Below, in pieces: positions 52,559-62,560 of a DNA stretch of 62,652 bases. Position numbers and translations under genes: made by a program. Numbering within the stretch: the stretch's first letter is position 1; the number at the start of each line of letters is the position of its first letter. The notes under the pieces are model-generated. The model was not told the origin of the DNA. It searched no databases and saw nothing but the letters and a program-made list of their open reading frames with translations. This stretch comes from Deltaproteobacteria bacterium (lineage in GTDB: Bacteria > Desulfobacterota > GWC2-55-46 > UBA9637), in NCBI GenBank assembly GCA_016219285.1, contig JACRNJ010000060.1, positions 1 through 62,652 of the forward strand. Reading direction: 5' to 3'.

Positions 52559-53095
52559 ATGAAACTGCAGCTGCAAATCACTTCTCTCAATTTTGAAATA
52601 ACTGATATTATAAAAGAACAGATACGGGAAAAGGTGGAAAAACTGGACAATTTTTACAGCCACATCATGCGATGCAGAGTTGTGATAGAGGTTCCACATC
52701 GCCACAAACATAAAGGCATGTTATACGACATTCACATTTATATGACAGTGCCTGGCGGAGAAATAGTGATAAAACGCGAGCCTGATGAGGATATCTATGT
52801 GGCAATAAGAGACGCCTTTGATGCAGCGCTGCGCAAATTGGAAGACTACGCAAGGAAACAGAGGGGCGATACAAAACGGCACGAGGAAATTCCTCCTGCT
52901 ATGGTAAGCGCCATATTTCCTGACAAAGGGTATGGCTTCATCACTACATTGGATGGCAGGGAAATATATTTTCATGAAAACAGCGTGCTTAACAACGAGT
53001 TTAAGCTCCTGAAGGTTGGCGCAGAAGTGCATTTTGCGGAAGAACAGGGAGAAAAAGGCCCTCAGGCAAGCACGGTAAGGATAATAGGGAAATAA
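52559..53095 (+). CDS. HPF/RaiA ribosome-associated domain fused to a cold-shock domain
   Basis: LQITSLNF..KVEKLD..DIYVAIRDAFD; KGYGFITT..EIYFHENSV..GEKGPQA. Confidence 0.88.
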   Translation: MKLQLQITSLNFEITDIIKEQIREKVEKLDNFYSHIMRCRVVIEVPHRHKHKGMLYDIHIYMTVPGGEIVIKREPDEDIYVAIRDAFDAALRKLEDYARKQRGDTKRHEEIPPAMVSAIFPDKGYGFITTLDGREIYFHENSVLNNEFKLLKVGAEVHFAEEQGEKGPQASTVRIIGK

Positions 53096-53236
53096 GGTTT
53101 GCAGCCAGAATGACTGTTCTTATTGCGCTAGATGGCTTCTCTGGTTTTGGTTTTAAAATTTTGATTGGGCGGGACAAGGCGGCGCTGCATTTTGGGCAGT
53201 TTACGATGTTATAGTGGACGACAAAAATAAGTAGCT

Positions 53237-53338
53237 GTAGTTTGCCCAACCCAACCTTCTGTTGGGTGCCCCATGGGCGTATCCCCGCTTAAAGCCTGCG
53301 GGGACAAGTTTAAAACCGCCGATAAATCGGCAGACTAC
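53237..53338. repeat. REP doublet (GTAG..CTAC) with nested hairpins
   Basis: GTAGTTTGCCCA[ACCCAAC..GTTGGGT]..TGGGC[TCCCCGCTTAAAGCCTGCGGGGA]..GCCGATAAATCGGCAGACTAC. Confidence 0.8.
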
Positions 53339-53395
53339 AAATTTATGTCGCTGCCTATAGCAGGGAAGTTTGTCCCGCATTTTCTACAAAGCAAC

Positions 53396-54109
53396 TTATA
53401 CCTTCTTTCTAATCCTTATGGCGCCAAGGAGCATATTGGCAATTACAGACACAAAATAGAGTTCATCTTCCTGAAATTCTTTTGGGGCAACTGTTTGGAC
53501 ATTCAGTACTCCAAAAAGCTCGTCCTTATGAATGATGGGGTGTGACAACATAGCTGTATAATTTTGTTCCCGGAGTTCGGAAAATTTTTTATACCTGGGA
53601 TCTTTTGATACATCCTCTACATAAATAGGTTTTCCTTGCTTTGCAGCAGCGCCTGTAATACCCTCGCCCAGCTTAAGCCTAACCTTTCCAATAGCCTCTT
53701 TTCTGAAGCTTGTGGTTGCCCGTAAAACAAGTTCATTTCCGTCCCAAAGATATATTGAAGAAACATCCACGCCTAATCTTTTTGCTGTTTTTTCCACAAT
53801 GGATTGAAGCACATCATCAAGCTCATAGTCGGAACTGGCAAGCATGCTTATCTCTTCAAGGGTTATAATCTCCATCCTCTCTCTGTTTGCCTTTTCCATC
53901 TCAAAGACAAGACCGCCTTGCTCGTCAATCTTTACATGTGAAAATGTATCCCTTTGATAATAGGGATTTATCGCCTTGCTGGCCGCAGGCATGGTCTTAA
54001 ATTCCCAGAAGCCGCATGAGCATACCAGTTTTACCCTGTAGTCATCCACCCTCTCACCTTTCATTTTTTTACCGCATTTCCTGCAGCGGGTTATGGTTTC
54101 CATGTACAC
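53396..54109 (-). CDS. Zn-ribbon plus stand-alone GAF domain protein
   Basis: CRKC..CSC N-terminus; PtsP-like GAF (LKLGEGITG, DPRYKKF, GVLNVQT). Confidence 0.75.
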   Translation of the reverse strand: MYMETITRCRKCGKKMKGERVDDYRVKLVCSCGFWEFKTMPAASKAINPYYQRDTFSHVKIDEQGGLVFEMEKANRERMEIITLEEISMLASSDYELDDVLQSIVEKTAKRLGVDVSSIYLWDGNELVLRATTSFRKEAIGKVRLKLGEGITGAAAKQGKPIYVEDVSKDPRYKKFSELREQNYTAMLSHPIIHKDELFGVLNVQTVAPKEFQEDELYFVSVIANMLLGAIRIRKKV

Positions 54110-54182
54110 CTCTCTTTAATAGAAAGAAGCGGAGAACTGGAGAAGCGTGGAAAGTGGGACAAACATTCGCCCATTCGCCTAT

Positions 54183-55112
54183 TCACCGATTCCTAGTTTC
54201 ATCTATCTTTTCACTGCTTGCTTTCTTATCCGGCGGCAGCACCAATTTTACCACCTTACCCTCATCCCCCAAACTGCCAAGCGAATTGTTGTTAAATATC
54301 ACATTAACACCGCCTGCGTTTCCTATAAGAATAGAAAACCTTTCTTTTGCATTCCATTTTATCTTTTCCCCCTGCTTTAGAGACACCTCAAACGGGTTCA
54401 TGCCGTCAACCTCAGCTTTAATCCACGTAGGCTTTGTAGCCTCTATTATTAGTACAAAAGGGCCTTTATCAATAACAACATTGCCTGGCAATACATCCTT
54501 GTTTTCTTTTTTTGTTGACATTTTAGAGGCAGAGATTTCATGGGTTGGATTTGATTGGATTTCAGGTTTTGTTGACAAAGAAGACTCTTCTTTTTTTGCA
54601 ATAACTTCACGTCCCACCCCATTTCCAGTTTGACTCTCTCTTGTTTGGAAATTGGATGAATCGTCAACTTGCTGAACAGAAGAAGCAGTTGTGGCAGATG
54701 GCTGCATCTTTGATTTTGACATAATATACACACCGCCTGCTATTATCAATAGTGCGATAACCGCAACGGCTATAATCGCAAGCTGTGAATAAGGCGCAAG
54801 GCTTTCAGCCACAGACCTAATCAGTGGTTGAGCAATAGTTTCCGGCTTCTGTTTCATTGCAGATGTTTCATCCTCTGCAATACGAATATATGCCTCATAG
54901 CGCAGCAGTGCATCCTGCACATCTAAACCAAGGTATTTACAATATGCCTGTATAAAACCTTTTACAAAAGGCGCTGTCGGCAAGGCATCAAAATCGTTTC
55001 TCTCTATCGCAGCGAGAAGCCCGACTCTTACCTTTATTGTATTAGAAATATCCTTTAATGGGATGCCTCTAATCTCTCTCTCTCTCTTAAGATATTCTCC
55101 GGGGCTTTCCAT
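54183..55112 (-). CDS. rodZ: RodZ-like HTH / DUF4115 membrane protein
   Basis: GEYLKRERE..FVKGFIQAYCKYLGL, single TM, C-terminal IGNAGGV. Confidence 0.85.
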   Translation of the reverse strand: MESPGEYLKREREIRGIPLKDISNTIKVRVGLLAAIERNDFDALPTAPFVKGFIQAYCKYLGLDVQDALLRYEAYIRIAEDETSAMKQKPETIAQPLIRSVAESLAPYSQLAIIAVAVIALLIIAGGVYIMSKSKMQPSATTASSVQQVDDSSNFQTRESQTGNGVGREVIAKKEESSLSTKPEIQSNPTHEISASKMSTKKENKDVLPGNVVIDKGPFVLIIEATKPTWIKAEVDGMNPFEVSLKQGEKIKWNAKERFSILIGNAGGVNVIFNNNSLGSLGDEGKVVKLVLPPDKKASSEKIDETRNR

Positions 55113-55125
55113 GTCGCTTTGCTCC

Positions 55126-55209
55126 ATTGCAAAATGAAAATTGTAAAGTGCAAATTGAAAACTTCTCTTAATTTTGCATTTTTCAATTTGCAATCTTCAA
55201 TCTTAAATT
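55126..55209. repeat. inverted heptamer array (AAATTGC)/(TTTGCAA)
   Basis: attgcaaaatgaaaattgtaaagtgcaaattg ... attttgcatttttcaatttgcaatcttcaatc. Confidence 0.85.
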
Positions 55210-56036
55210 CATTTCAACAAATCTATATATCCTTTCGCAGACCTTGCCATCTCGCTGTCAGGGGCAAGTTTTATAACCTCTTGAAATGCATTGAATGCCC
55301 CTTTTTTATCCTTTAGGTTTATCAAAACAAGACCAAGCCGGTAATGGGCGTCAACATAATTCGGCGCATTCTTTACCGCAAGCTCAAACATATCTGCGGC
55401 CTCTTTATCTCTGTTCATCTTCATATAGGTAAGACCAATATTGTTGTAGGCAACGATATATTTCGGATTGCTCTCTATTGCCTTTTTATAGCTTTCCTCT
55501 GCCTTTGCATAATCAGCCTTCTCATAAAAGGCGCGTCCCATGTTGAAATAGGCAAATTCCGGGGTAGTGTAAAAAATATCGGCGAGCGCAAGATTGGCTT
55601 CTGCTACGGCTAAATCCCACTCCTTTTTTTCAAGATAAACAGCTGCAAGATTTGTATGGGCATCAGAAAACTTCGGGTTTATCCTTGTAGCTTCTTTCAT
55701 ATGTTTTACTGCATCTTCATGCATGCCTTTAGCAAAATATGCCAGGCCAAGCGCATTGTGAAATGAGGCATCTTTGTGATATTTCTCCACAGCATTCGTC
55801 AACTCTTTCATAGCCGCAGTGATGTTCCCTTCATTAAGATGAACAACGCCAATCTTATAATGTATATCTGCATCGTCTTTTCGGCTTGCATCAGAGGCGG
55901 CGCAGCCGTAGAAGACAGCAAACAGCAAGATGCAAGATGCCACATGCAAGATGCAAGATTTTTTCTTGCTTCTTGATTCTAACCTCTGACTTCTAAATCC
56001 TGACTTCTGACTTCCGATTTCTGATTCCTGTATCAT
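55209..56036 (-). CDS. TPR lipoprotein (PilF/Tgl-like)
   Basis: Lipobox FYGC, serial TPRs, YTTPEFAYFNMG motif, adjacent to rodZ. Confidence 0.8.
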   Translation of the reverse strand: MIQESEIGSQKSGFRSQRLESRSKKKSCILHVASCILLFAVFYGCAASDASRKDDADIHYKIGVVHLNEGNITAAMKELTNAVEKYHKDASFHNALGLAYFAKGMHEDAVKHMKEATRINPKFSDAHTNLAAVYLEKKEWDLAVAEANLALADIFYTTPEFAYFNMGRAFYEKADYAKAEESYKKAIESNPKYIVAYNNIGLTYMKMNRDKEAADMFELAVKNAPNYVDAHYRLGLVLINLKDKKGAFNAFQEVIKLAPDSEMARSAKGYIDLLK

Positions 56037-56082
56037 TTTCGCTCTTTTGGCCTATAACCCATAGTCCATTGCCTGTTTCTTG

Positions 56083-56994
56083 TCATATATCCTCAAAATG
56101 GGTCAATTGCTTAAATTGACGGTATCTTTCCCGAATCTCTTTCAGCGTTAAGGTTCTCATCCTGTTCAGGCTGAAATCCTCTACATTGAAAGACGCCATA
56201 ACACTGCCAAAGATAATGGCCTGCCGAATATTTGCCTCGCTTGCATCATCTGTATTTGCTAAATATCCCATTAAGCCGCCGGCAAAACTATCCCCTGCGC
56301 CGGTCGGGTCGAATATTGATTCCAGCGGATAGGCAGGGGCAGAAAATATGGAACCGCCGTTGAACATCAGCGCCCCATACTCACCCCTCTTGATTATAAT
56401 TGTTTTTGGCCCGTAGGATATAATCTTTTTGGCGGCCTTGACCAGATTAGGCTCTTTTGCAAACTCCCTTGCTTCGCCTTCATTTAAAACAAAAAGGTCA
56501 ACCTTTGATAAAAGCCTTTTTAAGGCATCGGGTTTGCCCTCTATCCAAAAGTTCATGGTGTCGCATGCAATAAATTTCGGCCTTTCAACCTGAAGAAGCA
56601 CATTCCATTGGATATCAGGGTCAATATTTGCGAGGAATACATACGATGATTTCCTGTAAGCCTCCGGTATATCAGGCTGAAATTTTTCAAAGACATTCAA
56701 ATGGGTTGCAAGCGTATGGGCTTCATTCAGGTCATAGTCATACCGCCCTTTCCAATGAAATGTCTTCCCCTGCATCCTTTGCAGACCGGTTACATCCACA
56801 CCCTTATCTTTTAAAAAATCTATATGCTCATTCGGAAAATCCTCGCCAACCACAGCCACCAGTTTGACTTCAGAAAAATAGCTGGCAGCGGCAGAAAAAT
56901 AAGTTGCAGAGCCTCCCAGCACATTCTCTGCCTTGCCGAACGGCGTTTCAACCGAATCAAACGCAACAGAACCAACAACAAGAATGCTCATCAA
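56083..56994 (-). CDS. PfkB-family carbohydrate kinase
   Basis: VGSVAFD, LGGSATY, KRGEYGA, DPTGAGDSFAGG. Confidence 0.92.
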   Translation of the reverse strand: MMSILVVGSVAFDSVETPFGKAENVLGGSATYFSAAASYFSEVKLVAVVGEDFPNEHIDFLKDKGVDVTGLQRMQGKTFHWKGRYDYDLNEAHTLATHLNVFEKFQPDIPEAYRKSSYVFLANIDPDIQWNVLLQVERPKFIACDTMNFWIEGKPDALKRLLSKVDLFVLNEGEAREFAKEPNLVKAAKKIISYGPKTIIIKRGEYGALMFNGGSIFSAPAYPLESIFDPTGAGDSFAGGLMGYLANTDDASEANIRQAIIFGSVMASFNVEDFSLNRMRTLTLKEIRERYRQFKQLTHFEDI

Positions 56995-57008
56995 AACCTC
57001 CCATGAAA

Positions 57009-57083
57009 GATTTACGATTGTAGATTTACGATTTCAGATTTTAAAGATTTTAAATCGTAATTCGTAAATCGTAAATCGTAATT
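57009..57083. repeat. inverted heptamer array (TTTACGA)/(TCGTAAA)
   Basis: gatttacgattgtagatttacgatttcagatttt ... aaatcgtaattcgtaaatcgtaaatcgtaatt. Confidence 0.9.
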
Positions 57084-57093
57084 GTATTTACCA

Positions 57094-57981
57094 CTATTCC
57101 TTTATGCTGTCAATCAACGAAGAAACAGCCACCACATCCACATCTTGATTAAGTGTGTGAAACATTTCTTTTATAGCTAAAATAGTAGCCGGGTGAGGAT
57201 GCCCTATGGCAATTGCGCTGCCTCTCTTTTTTGCAATCTCTATAACTTCCTGTATCTGCGCTTTTACATAATTTATGTCTTCTTTATTATCCAGAAACAC
57301 CTGCCTGTTTGCCGCTCTAAGCCCTATATCTTTTGCCAATCTATAGGCAGCCGATTTGCTCGTGGTCTTACTGTCAAGGAAAAAGAGATTTCTCGTTTTT
57401 GCTATCTCCAGCACAACCTTCATCAATCTCTCATCCTCCGTGAACATTGAACCCATGTGGTTGTTTATGCCGGTAATATACGGAACAGCATCAATATCCT
57501 TCTTGACCTGCTCAGCAACTTTAACTTCTGACATGTTCGTAAAAAGCGCCCCCTTCCCGGGGTCATTATTCCTGGAGTCTTTCGGCTCCATGGGGAGATG
57601 CAGCAGGACATCTCTCCCGTGCACATTGGCTTCTTTTGCAACATCTTTTGAATAAGGCAGAAATGGCAATACAGCAATTGATAGAGGCAGATTTATCTCT
57701 AATAACTCCCTCAACTGTTTTATATCCTGTCCCATATCATCAATAACTATTGCGACCTTAGCCTTTGGGACAAAAGTCTTTACGGACGGAAGTGGAGGTT
57801 TTTCTATCTTTGCCACTTGAGGAGGTATAAGTAAATTCTTTTGTTCTCCCTCCTTTGCCTTATAGCCATAATACAGAATAAACCCTACGATGACCATAAT
57901 GAAAAAACCCAGCGCAATTCCAAAAATAAAGAGGGCCTTTGAAAACAAAGACCCTCTTTTACTCGTTTTGTTTTTTGACAT
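57094..57981 (-). CDS. divergent polysaccharide deacetylase (YibQ-like)
   Basis: AIVIDDMG, LLHLPMEP, NNHMGS, FLDSKT, AIAIGHP. Confidence 0.9.
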   Translation of the reverse strand: MSKNKTSKRGSLFSKALFIFGIALGFFIMVIVGFILYYGYKAKEGEQKNLLIPPQVAKIEKPPLPSVKTFVPKAKVAIVIDDMGQDIKQLRELLEINLPLSIAVLPFLPYSKDVAKEANVHGRDVLLHLPMEPKDSRNNDPGKGALFTNMSEVKVAEQVKKDIDAVPYITGINNHMGSMFTEDERLMKVVLEIAKTRNLFFLDSKTTSKSAAYRLAKDIGLRAANRQVFLDNKEDINYVKAQIQEVIEIAKKRGSAIAIGHPHPATILAIKEMFHTLNQDVDVVAVSSLIDSIKE

Positions 57982-58037
57982 TCTCGTGTTCCATTTTGGT
58001 TCTTCTGACTTTCCTGTGGGTAATACAAACATAAAAA

Positions 58038-58170
58038 ACCCTAATGTCTAATTTCCAATAAAATTTCCAATTACCAATTTCCAACCTCCCCCTGTCCCCC
58101 TCCAGAGGGGGGATAAAGGGGGAGGATATTTAGATTTTTATTAGAAATTAGGATTTAGAAATTAGGATTT
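58038..58170. repeat. inverted heptamer array with central CCTCCCCCT..AGGGGGAGG hairpin
   Basis: ctaatgtctaatttccaat..ccaattaccaatttcc [cctccccctgtccccctccagaggggggataaagggggagg] ..ttagaaattaggatttagaaattagg. Confidence 0.85.
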
Positions 58171-58175
58171 AATAT

Positions 58176-59489
58176 CTATGATTTCGGAGCTGTTCCCTTA
58201 AATATATACCAACTCTTTAAATAATCCAATGCCCTCTTAAGTTGGATGTCCTCAGTCTCTTCCTTTGCTTTTTCAGCCTTCTCCTCCACTTTTACTTTTT
58301 TTTCTAACTTCTCTGGTTTTTGAGTCTCTCCGCCCTCCGCCTCAAGATGTCTTTCCAGGTCCTTTTCCTTTATATGGTTTTTTGACACAACATCTTCAAC
58401 TATGATATCAGGCTCAATGCCTTTGGCCTGAATAGACCTGCCTGATGGCGTATAGTATTTAGACGTGGTAAGTTTTATGGCCGAACCATCGCTTAATGGG
58501 ATAATTGTCTGCACAGACCCCTTGCCGAATGTTTGCGCTCCCAGTATTACCGCCCTTTTATTATCCTGCAATGCTCCTGCTACAATCTCTGAGGCGCTTG
58601 CGCTTCCCCCATTAACCAAAACAATTATCATGTATGGAGGCTGAGTGCCTTCAGCCTTGGCTTCAAACCTCATATCCTGACCAGATGCCCTCCCTTTTGT
58701 GTATACAATCAGCCCCTCTTCCAAAAACTTATCTGCAATCTCCACAGCCTGCTGCAAAAGCCCGCCGGGATTATTCCTTAAATCCAGGACAAGCCCTTTC
58801 AGCTTTCCCTCCTTTGAACCAAGCTTATTCAATGCATCTTCAAGGTCATTTGCAGTTTTCTCCTGAAACTGCGAAATACGGAGATAACCAAACCCATCTT
58901 CAAGGGTCTTATACTTTACACTCTTTACCGCAATAATATCCCTTGTAAGTGTAAATTCCTGCGGATCCTTCCAACTCTCCCGAAGTATCCAGATAGTAAC
59001 CTTTGTACCCTTGACCCCACGCATAAGCTTTACAGCGTCATTTATGGTCATATCTTTTGTATATTTTTCGCCAATCTTCACTATCCTGTCCCCTGCCTTT
59101 ATTCCTGCCTTAAATGCAGGTGTATCCTCAATTGGGGCAACAACTGTCAGCATTCCATCTCTCATGCCTATCTCTATGCCAATACCACCGAAACTCCCCT
59201 TGGTTTCAACCTGCATCTCTTTATACTCTTCAGGGGGCATAAAAGATGAATGAGGGTCAAGCCCATGTAGCATGCCTTTTACTGCGCCGTAAATAAGATT
59301 CTTAGAATCTACTTCTTCAGCATAGTTATCCTGCACAATAGAAATAACATCTGTAAATATCCTTATATTTTCATATGCCTTAGGAAGTACAGCAGAAACC
59401 CTGTGATTTATTCCCCATAAAAAAATGCTTATTACTATTGCTATCCCAGTCAACGGAATAAGCCTATTCCCTTTAACCATTTTGAACAT
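58176..59489 (-). CDS. ctpA: S41 C-terminal processing protease
   Basis: LDPHS, PDZ GIGIEI, DLRNNPGG, SASASEI, TFGKGSVQ. Confidence 0.95.
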   Translation of the reverse strand: MFKMVKGNRLIPLTGIAIVISIFLWGINHRVSAVLPKAYENIRIFTDVISIVQDNYAEEVDSKNLIYGAVKGMLHGLDPHSSFMPPEEYKEMQVETKGSFGGIGIEIGMRDGMLTVVAPIEDTPAFKAGIKAGDRIVKIGEKYTKDMTINDAVKLMRGVKGTKVTIWILRESWKDPQEFTLTRDIIAVKSVKYKTLEDGFGYLRISQFQEKTANDLEDALNKLGSKEGKLKGLVLDLRNNPGGLLQQAVEIADKFLEEGLIVYTKGRASGQDMRFEAKAEGTQPPYMIIVLVNGGSASASEIVAGALQDNKRAVILGAQTFGKGSVQTIIPLSDGSAIKLTTSKYYTPSGRSIQAKGIEPDIIVEDVVSKNHIKEKDLERHLEAEGGETQKPEKLEKKVKVEEKAEKAKEETEDIQLKRALDYLKSWYIFKGTAPKS

Positions 59490-59546
59490 GATATTTGCTC
59501 CTCCTTATGAAGTCAATATGCAGTACGCAGTAATTGCCTACTGTCT

Positions 59547-59659
59547 AGTGATCAATAGAAATATCTAAATAAACAATTAAAAAGTAAAATGTGAATGACT
59601 CGTTGCTGTAATTTATTTTAATTTCAAGTTTACTGTTTAGACATTTCTATTTGATTACT
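59547..59659. repeat. MITE-like element with ~25-bp imperfect TIRs, inside a CTGCCTA-type heptamer array (59516-59686)
   Basis: AGTGATCAATAGAAATATCTAAATA ... TGTTTAGACATTTCTATTTGATTACT. Confidence 0.65.
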
Positions 59660-59682
59660 GTCTTCTGCATACTCCTTACTGC

Positions 59683-60960
59683 CTATTTTTTCGCTTCTGT
59701 ATAAGCCAACCAATTTAACGGGTCCAACGGGACACCCTTCTGTCTTACCTCAAAATATAAGTGCGGACCCTTTGTGGAGCCTGTATCACCTACAAGGGCA
59801 ACTATATCTCCTTTTCCCACACTGGAATCCACATCTTTAATAATTTTCGAAAGACGGGCCAACAGGGTAAAATAGCCGTCGCCGTGGTCTATAATCATAA
59901 CCTTTCCATAACCTCTGAACCATCCTGAATACGCCACCTTCCCCTTGTAAACAGACCTAACCTCAGTCCCAATATTAGCAGCTATCTCAATACCATTATT
60001 AAAAGTAATTGTGCGAAATTTAGGATGCTCTACCTTTCCATACATAGAAATAATTTTTCCTGCTACCGGCATAGGCAGACCGCCTCGCATAGCCGCAAAA
60101 CCAAAGGTATGATTCCCTAGAGCATTTTCTGCCATATCCTTTTTGAATTTGTCTAAAAAAGACTGGAGTTCTTTAGAGGCCCCCTCCATTTCCCGTATGG
60201 CAGCAAGCTGTATGTTCTTTTTCTTTTTTATGGCTGTCAAGATAGCTTGCTTTTTATCCTTTTCCTCTTTTATCTCTCCTTTTTTGTGTTCAACCTCATG
60301 CTTTAAGGAAAATACCTCTTCCTGAAATACTTTAAGCCTTTCCCTTTCTGCTTCTAAAAACGATTGATTCTCTTTATAATCCCTTAACAGGTCAACATCA
60401 TACTCTACTATCTTATTTATATATTTATATCTTCTGCCAAAATCATTAACAGAGTTGGATGAAACAAGCGACTGCATTATGCCGCCTTTATTCATCTTAT
60501 ACATGGCAACCAATCGTTGGTTCAAAAACCCTGCAAGCCTTTCACTCTCGCTCACCAATGTTGTAATACGGGCATCCACAACGTTCCTTTTTCCCTTTAG
60601 CTTAACAATATTATCTTCTATATCTGCCAACTCTTCCTCTTTTTTAAATCTTGCCTTATCAAGTCTTTCCAATTCCTCAAGGATATTATTCTCTTTTTTA
60701 ACATTATATTCTAAACTTTTCCTTTTTTCCACAATCTCTCTTTTAAGAGATTCCAGCTGCTTTTCTTTCTTTACAACCTCGCCCTTGGTTTTGGGTGGGT
60801 CGGCATGGGCAGAGACAGCGAACAGCAGGCAACAGGCAGTAAACAGTAGACAGTAGGCAGGAAGCAGTAAAAGGATTTGAGATTTACGATTTACGATTTT
60901 AGATTTTAAATTCGTAATTCGTAATTCGTAATTCGTAATTGCCTGTAGCCTCATCCTCAA
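59683..60960 (-). CDS. envC: murein hydrolase activator EnvC (coiled coil plus M23 domain)
   Basis: Long coiled coil; NNGIEI, GYGKVMIIDHG, HLYFEVR..DPLNWL; upstream of ctpA. Confidence 0.88.
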   Translation of the reverse strand: MRMRLQAITNYELRITNLKSKIVNRKSQILLLLPAYCLLFTACCLLFAVSAHADPPKTKGEVVKKEKQLESLKREIVEKRKSLEYNVKKENNILEELERLDKARFKKEEELADIEDNIVKLKGKRNVVDARITTLVSESERLAGFLNQRLVAMYKMNKGGIMQSLVSSNSVNDFGRRYKYINKIVEYDVDLLRDYKENQSFLEAERERLKVFQEEVFSLKHEVEHKKGEIKEEKDKKQAILTAIKKKKNIQLAAIREMEGASKELQSFLDKFKKDMAENALGNHTFGFAAMRGGLPMPVAGKIISMYGKVEHPKFRTITFNNGIEIAANIGTEVRSVYKGKVAYSGWFRGYGKVMIIDHGDGYFTLLARLSKIIKDVDSSVGKGDIVALVGDTGSTKGPHLYFEVRQKGVPLDPLNWLAYTEAKK

Positions 60961-62486
60961 TTCGCCTTGTCCAACATTACAAGATTCACACTCTTTATCC
61001 TATCCAGTATTGCGCCCATATGAGAGCCTTTGCCAAGTTCAAGGTTTGTTACCACTGCCTTATTGACGGTCTTGAAGCCGTCTTTATCATGATAGCCAAA
61101 AAGCTGATGAAGCGTATAGTAGTTTCCGTTTATATTGCCAAGATAAAGCATTATGTGACCGCTTAAACCAAAAAGCGTAATACCAGGGGCTGCTGAATCC
61201 AACGCCTTGTTTATATCCTCCACCGCAGATGATGATTCACCAATGCCTGCCAGAACTGTTCCAACCATAGCCTGGCGGCTGGAATGCCGCGGCAGGTTGA
61301 TAGCCATTGTTGCAAAGACATCTTTGATAAAACTGGAGCAGTCCCTTAAGCCATTCATCCCCCCCCATCCATATCCTTCCCCTAATATCTTAAATGCCTG
61401 GTTTATTACATTGCGTTTGGTGTATGCAAGCGGCCCAATATGCGCATCTGCCTTTTTTTCAATATAACCATCTATCCATTGGAGACGGCCTTGTTTATTT
61501 TTCTCTGGAAATTTAACAACCCAATAATTTTTATCCTCGCCATTGAATGTCAGCGCAGTTCCCATAGGAACGGTTTCAATAGTTGTTTTTTTCCTGCCCC
61601 CTGCCCCCTGCCCCCCGACCCCTTGTTTCAAGACCTTTACTCTGCTTCCTGTGATTACGATGGAATACGGGATATTAAATACAGAATGAGGATTTACATC
61701 ATCTCTGTTATCCGCAAATGCTATATTGTCAATCTTTATCCAACCCCTTACAAATGATGTCTGAAAGAATCCCCACTTTTCATCCTTGCTTTTATGCAGG
61801 AGCGCAACAGGCTGAGGAGGGTATATGGCAGAGTATTGAAATGCATCAAAACCTTTGGCGGAAGGACTTTTTAAAACAGGCTCATCGGTTGGGAAAGCCC
61901 TCATATCTGCCTTTTTTACAACTACGCCAAAAACCAAATCATTTGTTTGTTTTACCGCTTCAATATTCATATTATCCAAGAGTTTCTTATAAAAAACCAC
62001 ATTTACAGCTTTTCCTTTTTTGTTAAACATATTCTTGTCCTGCGGCATAGGGTCTTTAAGCAGCCATTCAACCAAATCCTGTTTCGAAACTGTGTTTTCC
62101 AACCTTGTAACATCCGCCATTTCATCATTTTCATCAAGGATAGCCTCGTTCAACTCTTTAATTTGCTCTGGCGCGAGCATCAGCTCGTCTGGATTATTCA
62201 GCCTTTCAATCCAGAAACCTGCCTTGTAAATGGGAAAGTATTTATTTGCCATGTCAGAAGCTGTTGCGCCGGCTTTAGCAGCTTTATAATTTTGCCTGGC
62301 TTCGCCAACCTGACTCGCTTCAAGACAATAGCAGGGCAAAAGGAATACGGCAATATAAAACATTACCTTTCTAATCCTAACCCGGTTAAAAATCACATGA
62401 AAATTATTGATTTGTGCTGCGTAGGCAAAACCATGCAAGAGATAGAGATTGTGAAAGATTTTAAAAAAGTTCATAGCATGCTTCAT
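60957..62486 (-). CDS. NlpC/P60 cell-wall peptidase with SH3 domain (start uncertain, possibly near 62363)
   Basis: YGWGG..RDCSS catalytic Cys, GHIMLYLG; RAFPT and GWI SH3-type motifs. Confidence 0.85.
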   Translation of the reverse strand: MKHAMNFFKIFHNLYLLHGFAYAAQINNFHVIFNRVRIRKVMFYIAVFLLPCYCLEASQVGEARQNYKAAKAGATASDMANKYFPIYKAGFWIERLNNPDELMLAPEQIKELNEAILDENDEMADVTRLENTVSKQDLVEWLLKDPMPQDKNMFNKKGKAVNVVFYKKLLDNMNIEAVKQTNDLVFGVVVKKADMRAFPTDEPVLKSPSAKGFDAFQYSAIYPPQPVALLHKSKDEKWGFFQTSFVRGWIKIDNIAFADNRDDVNPHSVFNIPYSIVITGSRVKVLKQGVGGQGAGGRKKTTIETVPMGTALTFNGEDKNYWVVKFPEKNKQGRLQWIDGYIEKKADAHIGPLAYTKRNVINQAFKILGEGYGWGGMNGLRDCSSFIKDVFATMAINLPRHSSRQAMVGTVLAGIGESSSAVEDINKALDSAAPGITLFGLSGHIMLYLGNINGNYYTLHQLFGYHDKDGFKTVNKAVVTNLELGKGSHMGAILDRIKSVNLVMLDKAN

Positions 62487-62536
62487 GCTGGTTTGATATC
62501 ATACTATAAAAACTAACTCAAGTAAAATTGACATTA

Positions 62537-62560
62537 CCAAAAATCAATCTATTTTTGGGG
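62537..62560. repeat. isolated family-A end hairpin
   Basis: CCAAAAATCAATCTATTTTTGGGG, like 35592-35616 and the ends of family A. Confidence 0.6.

Noticed and set aside
53001-53249. 82-aa minus-strand ORF with CPKC
   Set aside because: Starts inside a REP, overlaps the HPF-CSD gene antisense, has no clear RBS and no recognisable family.
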